From Octopus bimaculoides (taxonomy: Eukaryota), in the NCBI RefSeq assembly GCF_001194135.2, contig NC_069005.1, forward strand, positions 23,622,631 to 23,686,630: a stretch of DNA of 64,000 bases, read 5' to 3'. Made by a program: the position numbers and the translations under genes. The notes under the pieces are model-generated. The model made no database searches, was not told the origin of the DNA, and worked only from the letters and a program-made list of their open reading frames with translations. Positions within the stretch are counted from its first letter, which is position 1. Every line of letters starts with the position of its first letter. Shown here piece after piece: positions 12,243 through 23,910 of this stretch.

Positions 12243-12814
12243 CAGTGGTTTACAACCAGGGTCCAAATGGCCCTTTGGGTTCCATAGAAGATTTTGTTGT
12301 CAAAATTTATCTGCAATAAATTGGTTGTTACTTGTACAATACACAAAACATTTTAATGATATTTAATTACGAAAATATAATATGAAGTTGTTAAACATTG
12401 AATGGCTAGGAGGAGGGTTCACCCAAGTAAAATGAACACCAAAGGGATCCATTTTTTTATTTATTTATGCACCCTTTTCAAGCCTAGCCAGGCTCATGGG
12501 TCCGGTTTCCCAGTTTCTATGGCGTATGTGTTCCCCCCCAGCTGGATGGGACGCCAGTCCATCGCAGCGTTACTCAAGAAAGAGGAAGAAAGAGTGAGAG
12601 AAAGCTGGGGCGAAAGAGTACAACAGGGGTCACCACCAATCCCTGCGGAAGCCTCGTGGAGCTTTAGGTGTTTTCGCTCAATAAACACACACAACGCCCG
12701 GTCTGGGAATCGAAACCACGATCCTTCGACTGCGAGTCTGCTGCCCTAACCACTGGGCCATTGCGAAAGGGATCCATAGGCAAAAAAAAAAAAGAAAATG
12801 GCTGAGAAACATTG
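12243..12814. mobile_element. hAT MITE (same family as 8785) with a nested SINE
   Basis: CAGTGGTTTACAACC start, GGCTGAGAAACATTG end, 8-bp TSD GTATAGTT / GTGTAGTT. Confidence 0.82.
12453..12765 (-). mobile_element. Family B SINE head with an alternative tail
   Basis: First ~150 nt match the 55513 element. 12-bp TSD AAAGGGATCCAT. Confidence 0.88.
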
Positions 12815-14826
12815 GTGTAGTTGAAAGAGAGAGAGAGAGAGAGGGGGGAGGGAGAGAGGGAGGGAGAGAGGGAGGGAGAGAGTGAGTGAGAGAGAAAAAA
12901 AGGTTGCAAAATTAACTGGTATTTTATTAATCAGCCTCAATAATTCAGCAAGCTGGCAGAATCATTTGAGCACCAGACAAAATACTTAGTGGCTTTCATC
13001 TGTATCTACATTCTGAGTTCAAATACTGCCAAAGTCAACTTTGCCGTTCATCCTTTTAGGGGCCGATGAAAATAAGTATCAGTCAAGCACTGGGGTCAAT
13101 GTAATCAACTAGGCTCCCTTCCCCAAAATTTCAGGCCTTGTGTCTATAGAAGAAAGGATTAATCAACTTCAGAAATATAAAAAGCAAAAGTGACCTCAGC
13201 AGGATTTGAACTCACAAACTACAGATCCAGAACAAATAATACTGCAAAGTTAATCGAACACCTGACACTGTTAGAAAACTGAACTGTTATTTGTATCTCC
13301 CCCTCCTGCCCCTCCTCCTGTCCTGTGTAGAATCTGCAACACGTGACTGACACATCACTGCACAGTTTATCAGCTACGAACACACCTGAGAGATGCGTCG
13401 TTCTGTTGCAATGCAGCGTACTTTTGTGAATGTGTTTGCATGTGTGAACATCTGTTTATGTGAGTCTATGAATGTCTGTGCTTGTGTGTGTGCGTGTGAG
13501 CGTGCGTATGTGTGTCAGCGAAAGAATGAGGGTTCGTACGTTTCTGCTTTCGACAGTGTGTGTGCGTGTGTATGTGTGTGTGGTGATGTATGCATGTATA
13601 TATGCGTATGTATAAGCACGTTTATGTCTGTATGAAGGTGTATGCGCGTGTGAGCGTCTGTTTATGTGAGTTTATGCATGTCTGTGCTTGTATGTGTGCA
13701 TGCGTGTGTATGCATGTGTGTGTGTATGTGTGAGTATGTATGTCAGTGAAAGAATGAGTGTTTGCACATATGTTCATGACAGTGTATGTGTGATGATGCA
13801 TATATGTGTGTGTGTGTGTGTGTATGCATATGTGTAAGTGTGTTTATGTTTGTATGAATTTATGCATGTATGTATTTAAATATGTTTGTGTATGGATATA
13901 TATATATATATATATATTTATGTGTGTGTGTGTGTGCCTATGTAAGTATGTGTGTATGCATATGTATATGTTTTTTTGTATGTAAGTTTATGTGTATGCT
14001 TGTATGTATATTTGTGTATGTGTGTGTGTGTGTATTTAATCAACTACTCAAGAAGAGAGGAACTAGGACATACACAACAAGCTACCTCACAGTCGTTGCT
14101 CTTTTAGCCCAGCTTATCCCTGATCCAGTGAATAAAGGATCAAACTGTTCCAGCCATGACCATCCCACCGGTGAACTTCATTATCTATTATGCCATTTAT
14201 TTATTTAAAGCAATCAGGTCTGATTTGAGAGAATTTGGCTGCTATTTCTGACAGGGTTGATGTAGAAGCTCCTTCATGTGGTCCTACTGATGATATTGCA
14301 GATAACACTGATGATGATGATGATGATGATGAATTATATAATGTTGTTATTGTTGTTGATGATGATGGTGGTGGTGGTGTTGTAGATAGTACTGCTGCTG
14401 ATGATGGTGATGTAGACATCACTGTAGTTAACGGTGATGATTTGGAAAGTGTTTAGGATGATGATGATGATGATAGTGATGGTGGTGGTGAGGTTATCTA
14501 GTGTTGTTGTTGATGTTGCTGCTACTACTACTGTACATGGTATTACAATGATGCCAATATTGAAACCAGTGGAGTATTGCTGGAATCTGTTTTAGACAAT
14601 GATGGTCATCAAGATGACGATAACAGTCATTAATAATGACACAGTAATAATAACTTTCTTTTATTTTTGCTAAAACAACAATATAACAGGGGATGTACTT
14701 GCATAGCAAGTGACCTGATCTGAGATCGTGTGCTGGAACGAAAACAATTGCAGCATGGAAGGTGTTTATAAGCCGTTTAAAATAACATACAAAAGCTGTC
14801 AGATTCACTTCAACATTTAGATTTAA

Positions 14827-14877
14827 TTTGTCAAAATATTTTCGTCGCTTTGAGACTGCGACCTGTTCACTGACAAA
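14827..14877 (-). ncRNA. Minimal hammerhead motif with a G3:C8 core variant
   Basis: TTTGTCA-GTGAACA-G-GTCGC(AGTCTCAAA)GCGAC-GAA-AATATT-T-TGACAAA. Confidence 0.7.
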
Positions 14878-15144
14878 ATTCTGAGACTAAACAGAGAGGT
14901 TACAAAAACTCTGAGGATTTACACTGGAAACAGATGACAAAACCTGAAGATGTGGCATACACAGTGTACAAACATAATAGGATCTGCAGATAAAAAAAAA
15001 TACAAAGCACTGTTACTGAGCTAGGACAAATGGTACATACCTTGTCCCAGCTAGTGTCCTGTAGCTTGACAATGATGATGAGCATAATACCTGTCACTGA
15101 AGTAAAAAATATGTTATATGCAGACATCATTTGTAATTTTTAGA

Positions 15145-15378
15145 CCATGTTGGTGTTGGTGCCATGTAAAAAGGCACTGGTGGTGGTGCCTCGTAAAAAT
15201 AGCACCTGATGCACTCTGTAAAGTGGTTGGCATTAGGAAGGGCAGCCAGCTGTAGAAACCAAGCCAAAGCAGACTATAAAACCTGGTGTGGCTCCTGGCC
15301 TTGCCAGTTCCTGTCAAACTGTCCAACCCATGCCAGCATGGAAAACAGGCATTAAGTGATAATGATAATGATGATGAT
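15145..15378 (+). mobile_element. RTE 3' end (diverged)
   Basis: Same tail motifs. Confidence 0.75.
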
Positions 15379-15642
15379 TGCATTCATATTCATACATATA
15401 CATATGTATATAAGACATATATAGCTTTTTAAAATATATATATCTCATTATTCTTTTCAACAGTAATTCACAACACTAACTTCACTTACACACACACACA
15501 CATACATTCACCTGTATGTATATACACACACATACACACTCACACAATTATCAAAACACACTCTGATGTCAACAAGGAAAGAGACAGTCGTATTAATAAA
15601 ATCAAACATATTAACACTAACTGCATACTAGACCAGCTTCTC

Positions 15643-15685
<43 letters not shown>

Positions 15686-16198
15686 ATGACACTATTTAAC
15701 TCACTATACCTTTCTCCCTCTCTCACCTTTATCCTTATCTCTCTTACTGTCGCTTTCTCAATCGTTCTCATCACCCAATCTTCCAGTTTTTTTTTCTCCA
15801 TTTTTTCTCACATCCTTGACGCCATCTCTCTTTCCACCCCACCCCCCATCTCTCTCTCTCCTCCCCCTTTCACTCCACAATAACTACACAACAAACCACT
15901 ATGATTCGAACCAGCATCATTTTTCAATACCTATGATGTCATTCCTCTTCCTCCTTCCCCTCACTCCTCTACCATTTACATAGCCAAGGAAAGAAAAACA
16001 CGAAGTGGTTGTTAATCTGCTAGAAACAGCAGCCAAATTCCCCTCAAATCAAACTCTACCATCTTTAAAAAGAAGAAGGCATTAGATAATTTAATCTCAG
16101 ACACATTACACCTATCTGAATAGAAAATGGTCACAGCTGGAACTATTTCAATCCTAGGTCTGATGGAACTGGGCTAACTTGGGGTTATACAAGAATCA

Positions 16199-16292
16199 TT
16201 AAAGAGCTGCTGTTACTAAACAACTCGAACACTGTTGTCTGACACAAAGTTCTACAGAGAGTCCACAGTCTCTGTATATTCTGAAGAACTTA
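16199..16292 (-). CDS. Candidate terminal coding exon 4 (KFFRIYRDCGLSVELCVRQQCSSCLVTAAL*)
   Basis: Acceptor ctctgtctatccatttccag|, phase 2 in, four Cys, ends TAA TGA. Confidence 0.5.
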
Positions 16293-16404
16293 CTGGAAAT
16301 GGATAGACAGAGAGCGGATTCAGGAAAATATTAGTGGAATTATAGCATACATAAAGGATTGGATTGCTTCAAGTGGTTTTTTTAATTTTGGATAATACCT
16401 TCCT

Positions 16405-16445
<41 letters not shown>

Positions 16446-16645
16446 CATGTGTACGTGTGTGTGTGTGTGTATATACACATGCACACACACAAATACATAC
16501 ATAATAATACACATGTATAAACATAGATTACACATAGATATCTACACACAAACACACACACATTTATATTTTCATACATACATACACACACATACATATA
16601 TCTATATGTATTTATGCATATGCTCTCTCTCTCTCTCTCTCTGTA

Positions 16646-16697
<52 letters not shown>

Positions 16698-16911
16698 GTG
16701 TGTGTGCGTGTATATGTATGTGTGAATGTGTATGCATATTATGTTGTTATGTATATATACATATGTATATAAGACACACACACACAAACATAAATGCGTA
16801 CATATGTACTGTGCAATTTAAACCTCAAAGCCATTATCCTCATGGCTACTACTACTACCACTACTACTACTGTCACGTTTACTCTTAGGATATTAGGTTT
16901 AATAATTACAT

Positions 16912-17008
16912 GTTTCTGATGAGTTTACAGCTAGTGTGCATTATGTAATTTGCAATTTTGCATTATGGAACCAATAATCACTTTATGCTAATGAAACGCA
17001 TGTAAGAC
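16912..17008 (+). ncRNA. Hammerhead motif with a long, irregular stem II
   Basis: GTTT-CTGATGA-GTT..AGC~GCTAAT-GAA-ACGCATGT-A-AGAC. Confidence 0.55.
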
Positions 17009-17107
17009 GGTGTAATTAAATGCCTTATAAACAACCTCTCATGTTTCGTTTACTTTTCTATATACATATATACAATATAAACACAAATACAAACACATAC
17101 ATACACA

Positions 17108-17660
17108 CATCATCATCATCATCATTTAAGATCCGTTTTTCCATGCTGGCAGGGGTTGGACAGTTTGACCGGATCTACTAAGGTTAGGGGCTGCACCAGG
17201 CTCTATTTTCTGTTTTGGTATGTTTTCTACAGCTTGATGCTTCTCCAAATGCCAACCATTCCACAGAGAGTATTGGGTGCTTTTAACGTGGCACCAACAG
17301 GAGTTCTTTTTATGTGGCACCAGCACCAGTATCAATTCTGCTATGGCGGGTAGGTTTTCTTGAGTACAACAATGTGCCAAATATCTTGGTCCTTAGCCAT
17401 TTCTTTTGTAAGGCTCAGTGTCTTGAGATCAGCTTTCAGTACTTCATCCCATGTCTTCCTGGGTCTCCCTAACACACACACATGTGTGTATCATCATCAT
17501 TATCTATTGTCTGTCTGCCATGCTGGCATGGGTTGGATGGTTTTGATAAGAGCTGGCAAGTCAGAAGACTGCACCAAGCTTTATTGTCTAATTTGGCTTG
17601 GTTTCTACAGCTGGCTGCCCTTCCTAATGCCAACCACTTTACAGAGTGTACTGGGTGCTT
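17108..17660 (-). mobile_element. Two RTE 3' fragments
   Basis: Reverse-strand tails at ~17108-17340 and ~17500-17660. GRPRKTWDEVLKADLK at ~17422-17470. Confidence 0.78.
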
Positions 17661-18112
17661 TTTACTTGGTACTGCTACAGCTGAGTCACCAAGTAGCTTG
17701 CAAGATAAGACTCCCTCAACTGAGTAGGGCGAAATATTAGGGGAGGTGGTTTTGTGCCAGGTGATGAGGGATTAGAATATGATAGAGGGACAGAAACAGG
17801 TGCCTTGCCATAAAGGAGATACATGGTTATCCTAGTTGGAAGAAGAGAGAGACGGAGAGAGAAAGAGAGAGACAAAGAGAGAAGATGGCGAAGTAGATGC
17901 CTTGGGGGTGGAATATTAGTAGTATGGAGGATTGGATAGGGTTGGGCAGTGAAGTTTGGGAGAGAGTGAAGGAGAGTAGGTGAGTAGTGAGTAGTGAACA
18001 TAGGTGGAGGAAAGGAGGGGTGTTAGAAAAATGTGTTGGGGGAGAGGGGCACAAGCATGAATGACCATGTCTTAAGGGTCTAATTTTTACTTAGACAGAT
18101 GGGTCTTCTCAA

Positions 18113-18269
18113 CATTATTTACATTATTTACATTCGCCGGATATTTGTCCTCATCTTGTTTGTTGTTAACACAATGTTTCGGCTGATATACCCTCCAGCC
18201 TTCTTCAGGTGTCTTGGATAAATAATGTAAATAATGTACATGATTCCTTGTCTCTCTTAAATATAGAAC
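18113..18269 (-). mobile_element. 157-bp hammerhead-bearing mini-retroelement inserted in an RTE fragment
   Basis: Perfect 13-bp TSD TGGGTCTTCTCAA (18100-18112, 18270-18282). Inverted ACATTATTTACATTATTTA / TAAATAATGTAAATAATGT blocks. Confidence 0.8.
18168..18213 (-). ncRNA. Minimal hammerhead motif
   Basis: GACAC-CTGAAGA-A-GGCTG(GAGGGTATAT)CAGCC-GAA-ACAT-T-GTGTT. Stem III is probably ACGT decayed by CpG loss. Confidence 0.7.
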
Positions 18270-18764
18270 TGGGTCTTCTCAAGTACAGCAAATTGTCAAC
18301 CATCTCGGTCCTTTGTTTGTCATTTCTGTGAAGCTCAATATATATATATATATATATGGCAAATGAAAAACGGAAGATGGAATATATGAGGATTTACTAT
18401 TAACCACAACAATTGTTTCAACACATCTACCAGGTGTAAACCATTCATTTTATTATATATATATATATAAACACACAAATATATATATATATATATATAT
18501 ATAGATACATATACATATATATACACACACATATGTGTGTATATTCTATATATATATTTATTTACATTTTTATATATATATATTTATATATTGCATTTTT
18601 ATATATATTTATATACACGCATACACATATATTCTTATTTACATCCACATTTATATATATTTATACATATTCTTATTTACATGCACATATCTACATATAA
18701 ATATAACACGCACACATACATATATATGCAGTCATATTATGTCTATTTACATACACATATATAT

Positions 18765-18795
<31 letters not shown>

Positions 18796-19131
18796 TATAG
18801 GATACATCCTTAGCAAGCAAAGCCACATCAGTTTCACTTAATGTCCTTAGTGAAAGCTATTTAAATATTGCTTATTGTATTTAGTTTGGTGGATGGAGTT
18901 ATCTCTTGATCACACCTTTACTGCATTTCATTTTCCCCCCGTACATATATATATAAATATTTTTTAATTCTGACACACATGGGTTGGATTGAAATTCACA
19001 AATTGTCTGTGAGCTGAACTGATGAGATAAGATACTGAAGCTTGTGTCTGCAGATGATAGCAAATATACAGAAGCAAGAATATAGAAGACTAAACTTTCA
19101 TTAAATTCAACCTTTCACTCAAAGTTTTACA

Positions 19132-19361
19132 TTAACCCTTTTGTTACCATATTTCTGTTCAGATGCTCTGTGTTTCTTTCAATTAATTTTAAATATAACA
19201 AAGAATTCAGTAAAATAACTTAGTTATCATTAAGCAAGTGTTAGGAACATAAATTGTGACTAAGGTTTGGTGGAAGATTTTAATTCTGAACTTTTGAAAA
19301 CAAGACATTTGTACTACAGAGCCAGAGGCAGTTTCAGACAGGATGGTATCAAAAGGGTTAA
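19132..19361. mobile_element. piggyBac-like MITE, second family
   Basis: TTAA-CCCTTTTGTTACCAT ... ATGGTATCAAAAGGG-TTAA. Confidence 0.85.
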
Positions 19362-19724
19362 ATTATCAATTATTTCTGTTATCCTAAGAGTGAACTGTCA
19401 TTACCACAAAAAAAAACTAGGAAACTAGGAAGGAAGAAATGTTATCTTATGTGATACCATGTGATCACATGACTGACCAGGCTATTAGATGTTGTTATAC
19501 ACTGCTGGTCACAATGCGCTTTGCATCGTTTTAGCTTTCAAATGATGCCACCCTGCTGGCTAGGCAAGCAGGCCAACATCCCACCCCACCATCGAAAAGG
19601 GGGAGCAACACAAAATGAAGTGTTTTGCTCAAGAACACAACGTGCTGCCCACTTAGGGAACTGAACCCATGATGTAGTGATAATGAGTACAACAGCCTGA
19701 CCACTAGGCCATATTGACTTCAAT

Positions 19725-20175
19725 TATGATAAATTGATTTCAAATTTAGGCACAAGGCCAGTAATTTTGAGTAAGGGGGTACATCAATTACATCAACCCC
19801 AGTGTGTGACTGGTAATTACTTTGTTGACCCCCGAAAGGATGAAGAGCAAAGCCAACGTTGGTGGAATTTGAACTCAGAACATAAAGTTGGGAGAAATGG
19901 CGCTAAGCATTTTTCCCAATGCAATAATGATTCTACCAGCTCATCACCCTATGAAATAGAATATATTGCTTCCAAATTTTGATACAAGGCCAGCAATTTC
20001 ATGTGAGGTAATAAGTTAATTACATTGACCCCACCGTGTTCAACAGGTACTTAATTTATTGACCCTGAACGGATGAAAGCGAAGTCTACCTTGGTAAAAT
20101 TTGAACTCAGAAAAGCCAGAAGAGTTGCTGCTAAGCAATGTTCCTGGTGTGGTAACAATTCAGCCAGCTCACTTT
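19725..20175 (-). mobile_element. Two tandem CORE-type SINEs
   Basis: Consecutive same-orientation diverged copies. Confidence 0.75.
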
Positions 20176-20180
20176 CTTAC

Positions 20181-20299
20181 AAAACGACAGGAATAATGTT
20201 AGACTCTATCCTGGATCCAGTATTCAAAGTACAAAGACATCTGTCCTCATTTTTGATGGTAAACAACCCTATTTGTTGTTGGTCGGTTGGTGATGGGTC
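20181..20299 (-). CDS. Candidate exon 3 (DPSPTDQQQIGLFTIKNEDRCLCTLNTGSRIESNIIPVV-F)
   Basis: Acceptor ctaatatatacacag| (weak pyrimidine tract), donor TT|GTAAGA. Phase 0 in, phase 2 out. Unique island between repeats. Confidence 0.55.
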
Positions 20300-20332
20300 C
20301 TGTGTATATATTAGATTAATTCTACAGTACGC

Positions 20333-20543
20333 CGTTGCCAGTACCACCTGACTGGCCTTCGTGCCGGTGGCACGTAAAAGCACCCACTACACTCTCTGAG
20401 TGGTTGGCGTTAGGAAGGGCATCCAGCTGTAGAAACTCTGCCAAATCAGACTGGAGCCTGGTGTAGCCATCTGGTTCACCAGTCCTCAGTCAAATCGTCC
20501 AACCCATGCTAGCATGGAAAGTGGACGTTAAACGATGATGATG
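20333..20543 (+). mobile_element. Young RTE 3' end
   Basis: Hairpin module plus conserved tail. Confidence 0.85.
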
Positions 20544-20968
20544 AACACATCTTGGTTTCATTATTATGAAGTAAAAATAACGCAATGAGTTGGCAGAATT
20601 GTTAACACCAGCAAAATGCTTAGTGGCATTTTGTCCGTCTTCATGTTCTGAGTTCAAATGCCGCCGAGTTCAAATTTGCCTTTCATCCTTTCAGGGTCAA
20701 TAAAATAAGTACCACTGGGGTCAATGTAATCAAGTAATGCCTTGTCCAAAATTGCTGGCCTTGTGAGAATTGTCATCATCGTTTAACATATGTAATCCAT
20801 ACTAGCATGGGTTGGATGATTTGACAGGATCTGACTACCCAGAAGGCTGTGTTGAGTTCCAGTTGCCAGTTCCTGTTAAGCTGTCCAACCCATGCCAGCA
20901 TGGAAAATGGATGTTAAATGATGATGATGATGGTATACATATATATATATATATACATATATATATGT

Positions 20969-21305
20969 AGGAAAAAGTTTCCTTTCAGTCATGAATGACC
21001 ATGGGATTATACCTAGAAAGTTCTCCTCCAAGGCCAAGCAAAGTTGTTTATGGAAGACCAGCAGTCACCCATGCATACCAGCCTCCCCTCTCCATGCCAC
21101 CGATGTTATTCAAAGGAAAGGCAAAGGCTGATATGCAAAGGTGCATGGCTCAGTGATTAGAGCATCGGGCTCACGATCATGAGAGTTCAATTCCTGAATT
21201 GGGCTGTGTGTTATGTTCTTGAGCTAGACACTTTATTCCACACTGCTCCAGTTCACTCAGCTGTAGAAATCAGTTGTGATGTCACAGGTGCCAAGCCGTA
21301 TCAGC
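20969..21305 (-). mobile_element. Family E SINE with a 5' inversion
   Basis: 3' half on - (20969-21134), 5' half on + (21138-21305). Both break at TATCAGC. Confidence 0.8.
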
Positions 21306-21451
21306 ATATACATCTTAGCTAAAAGAAGGCAGCAATAAGAAGAGGTGAAATAAATATTGTGAAAAAGCAAAAGCCTACTTACCACAACAACTATGAACTC
21401 TGGTGGTATGATGACAGGCAGCAGAAAAAGTTTGGTTAGGTCGTCCATTAC

Positions 21452-21993
21452 CTCTTTTGATGAAAGTATTTTCGACGATGGTAGTGATTGCAATGAGGAT
21501 AAAGATGAGGATGGTGATGATTCTGATGATGGGGTTGTTAATGGTAGTGATGTATTCCAATCTTGTACAGGATCAGATGAATTTCCCTTGTAGTCTGGTT
21601 TGCTCTGGGAGGGTTTACGAATGCTAGTTCTGAGACTACGGCGGCGGCGCCTTGCTGACAGTCTGTTGCCAGGTTTGGCTCTCTGGTGGGCAGCTGGATA
21701 CCTCGTTGACCTGAGAAGACGGATCAGAACACTGGGGCTGGGTCCATCAAGGTCCTTCTTTGATGTATGCACCCATATTCCTCGTTGTGGTGTAGAAAGG
21801 AACTCCTGCTGTGACTTCAATCTCTGCTGTTGTTGACGTTTCTCATATTCAGACATAGTGTGCTCATGTCGGCTAAGGGCGTGTCGCTTCCGATTACCAC
21901 TGACCGAAGATGTCAAATGCTGGGTTCGGTTCTTGGTATCATGGCCAGTACCTCTGTGACTGTTGGTGAGGACATTCTTCAGTATACTATCAC
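21452..21993 (-). CDS. Candidate exon 2 (542 bp) of the secreted precursor, pro-region with RKR, KR and RRRRR sites
   Basis: Acceptor tatttctcattgtag|GT, open frame across all 542 bp of unique higher-GC sequence, donor GAG|GTAATG. Phase 1 in, phase 0 out. Confidence 0.75.
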
Positions 21994-22029
21994 CTACAAT
22001 GAGAAATATAATACGTGACAGGAAATGAA

Positions 22030-22680
22030 ACTAATAATAATAATAATTTTTTGAATTTGGCACAAGGCCTGTAATTTCGAGGAAATCAATTATGTCAACT
22101 CCAGTATTCAACTGGTACTTAATTTATCAACTCCAAAAGGATGAAAGGCAAAGTTGACCTCAGCAGCATTTGCATTCAGAATGTAAAGAGCTGAAAGAGA
22201 TGCCGTTAACCATTTCGTCCAGTATGGCAATGATTCTTCCAGCAGACCCACCTTAAAACTAATAATAATGATAAAGGTTTCAAATTTTGAAACAAAGCCA
22301 GCAATATTGGGGGAGTGGTTAAGTCAATTAGATCAGCCTCAGTGTTCAACTGGTACTTATTCTATCAACCCCGAAAGAGTGAAGGGCAAATTTGATCCCA
22401 GTGGCATCTGAACCTAGATGAAATGCTGCTAAACATTTTCCCAGCATGCTGCCTCACTAATAATCCTTTCTATCATAGACACAAGGTGTGAAATTTAGGG
22501 GAGGGGACTAATCAATTACATTGACCCCAGTGCTCCACTGGTACTTCATTGACCCCCAAAGGATGAAAAGCAAAGTCGATCTCAGCAGAATTTGAACTCA
22601 GAATGTAAGGACAGACCAAATACTGCTAAGCATTTTGTCTGGTGTGCTAATGATTCTGCCAGCTCGCCGTCTTTGCAGCC
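22030..22680 (-). mobile_element. Three tandem CORE-type SINEs
   Basis: Copies at ~22030-22255, 22270-22455 and 22465-22680. Confidence 0.78.
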
Positions 22681-22696
22681 TTACTAACAATAAAAC

Positions 22697-23350
22697 TATG
22701 AAGTGAAGTCAAAAATCATCCACACTTTCACCATAACATATCTTTATAATTGTCACACTGCCTTCTGTGCACACGTGCTCATAGTTAGTACTATTGTGGT
22801 TACATGATTGAAATTTGAGCCTGATTGTGCCATTTTCCTTTCTGGCTTTACAGTGTAAGCATGCCCACTCCACCAGCTATGTGCACCAAAGAAGAACAAA
22901 GAGCAGTGAACCAATCAACAATGTACAATCAACAGCGCAAGATACAGTGCTTTGCTGACCAACAAACTAAAGCCAGCAATTCACACGAAATGCTGAAGCC
23001 TATTGTCGAAGAAAGTTTTGTTGTTGCATGACAATGCATGCCCACACACAGCTGCCCAGACCATTGAAACCATTAACAAATTGGGTTTTGAGGTGTTGGA
23101 ACATCCTGCCTACAGCTCAGATCTTGCCTCTTCCGACTATCATATCTTTGGACCGCTCAAAGATGGTTTACAAGATCATCGATTTCCTACGGATGAAGAT
23201 GTGAAGGAAGTAGTGAAGGGAATTCGCTGGACCAAGTGCATTGAAAAGGAAGGAGACTATATAGAAAAATGATGGGCTTGTTCATCCCCTGCTTTTGTGT
23301 AAATACATTGTAAAAACAAGAACACATATAATTTTTGACTCACCCTTGTA
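22697..23350 (+). mobile_element. Internally deleted mariner (D34D) element
   Basis: TIRs TATGAAGTGAAGTCAAAAAT / ATTTTTGACTCACCCTTGTA. N-terminal CTKEEQRAV joined to HDNACPH...YSSDLASSDYHIF (D34D)...RWTKCIEKEGDYIEK. Confidence 0.9.
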
Positions 23351-23574
23351 ATATACACACACCCAGTTCCCACCACTAACAATAACTCACAGAGCACATA
23401 CGTAACACAATCACCGTCTGTTAACAACACATACAGTACATAAAAGACACCCAAAACTATATCACATACCACATTCCCCCATCAATTCATATTCAACACA
23501 ATTGCTACCCAATAATACAACCTACACAGTCTATACCACATACTGGTGCTTCTCAAGCTTTTTTTACCTACAAG

Positions 23575-23910
23575 CCTTTCTGGCACTTGTGCCCGTGACA
23601 TGTGTAAGGATTTTTGAGCGAGATCGTGCCAGTGCCCCTGGACTGGCTCTTGTGCGGGTGGCACATAAAATACACCATTTTGAGCGTGGCCGTTGCCAGT
23701 ACCGCCTGACTGGCCTTCGTGCGGGTGACACATAAAAGCACCCACTACACTCTCTGAGTGGTTGGCGTTAGGAAGGGCATCCAGCTGTAGAAACTCTGCC
23801 AAATCAGATTGGAGCCTGGTGTTGCCATCCTGTTTCACCAGTCCTCAGTCAAATCGTCCAACCCATGCTAGCATAGAAAGCGGACGTTAAACGATGATGA
23901 TGATGATGAT
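23575..23910 (+). mobile_element. Young RTE 3' end with two modules
   Basis: Conserved tail and (GAT)n. Confidence 0.85.

Larger units (their letters stand above)
17660..18330 (-). mobile_element. RTE-related 3' fragment with a CT-rich 3' region
   Basis: Carries the RTE GCTGTACTTGAGAAGACC end motif. Similar layout on + at ~57810-58265 (GTCGR..KKTWEEVVKNDL). Confidence 0.5.

Noticed and set aside
13287-13385. Possible terminal exon GVFVADKLCSDVSVTCCRFYTG...
   Set aside because: Weak acceptor context, no upstream partner exon identified, and short enough to arise by chance.
15041-15096. 56-bp minus-strand segment with good splice signals (ttcag| ... AAG|GTATGT)
   Set aside because: Lies past the predicted stop and no compatible phase chain was found. 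Could be a UTR or alternative exon; needs RNA-seq.
16240-16292. FFRIYRDCGLS resembles, from memory, the W-x-x-Y-V-D-C-x-L-S motif of vertebrate FAM237/NPGL peptides
   Set aside because: Too short, the Cys pattern differs, and no search could be run; no gene symbol assigned.
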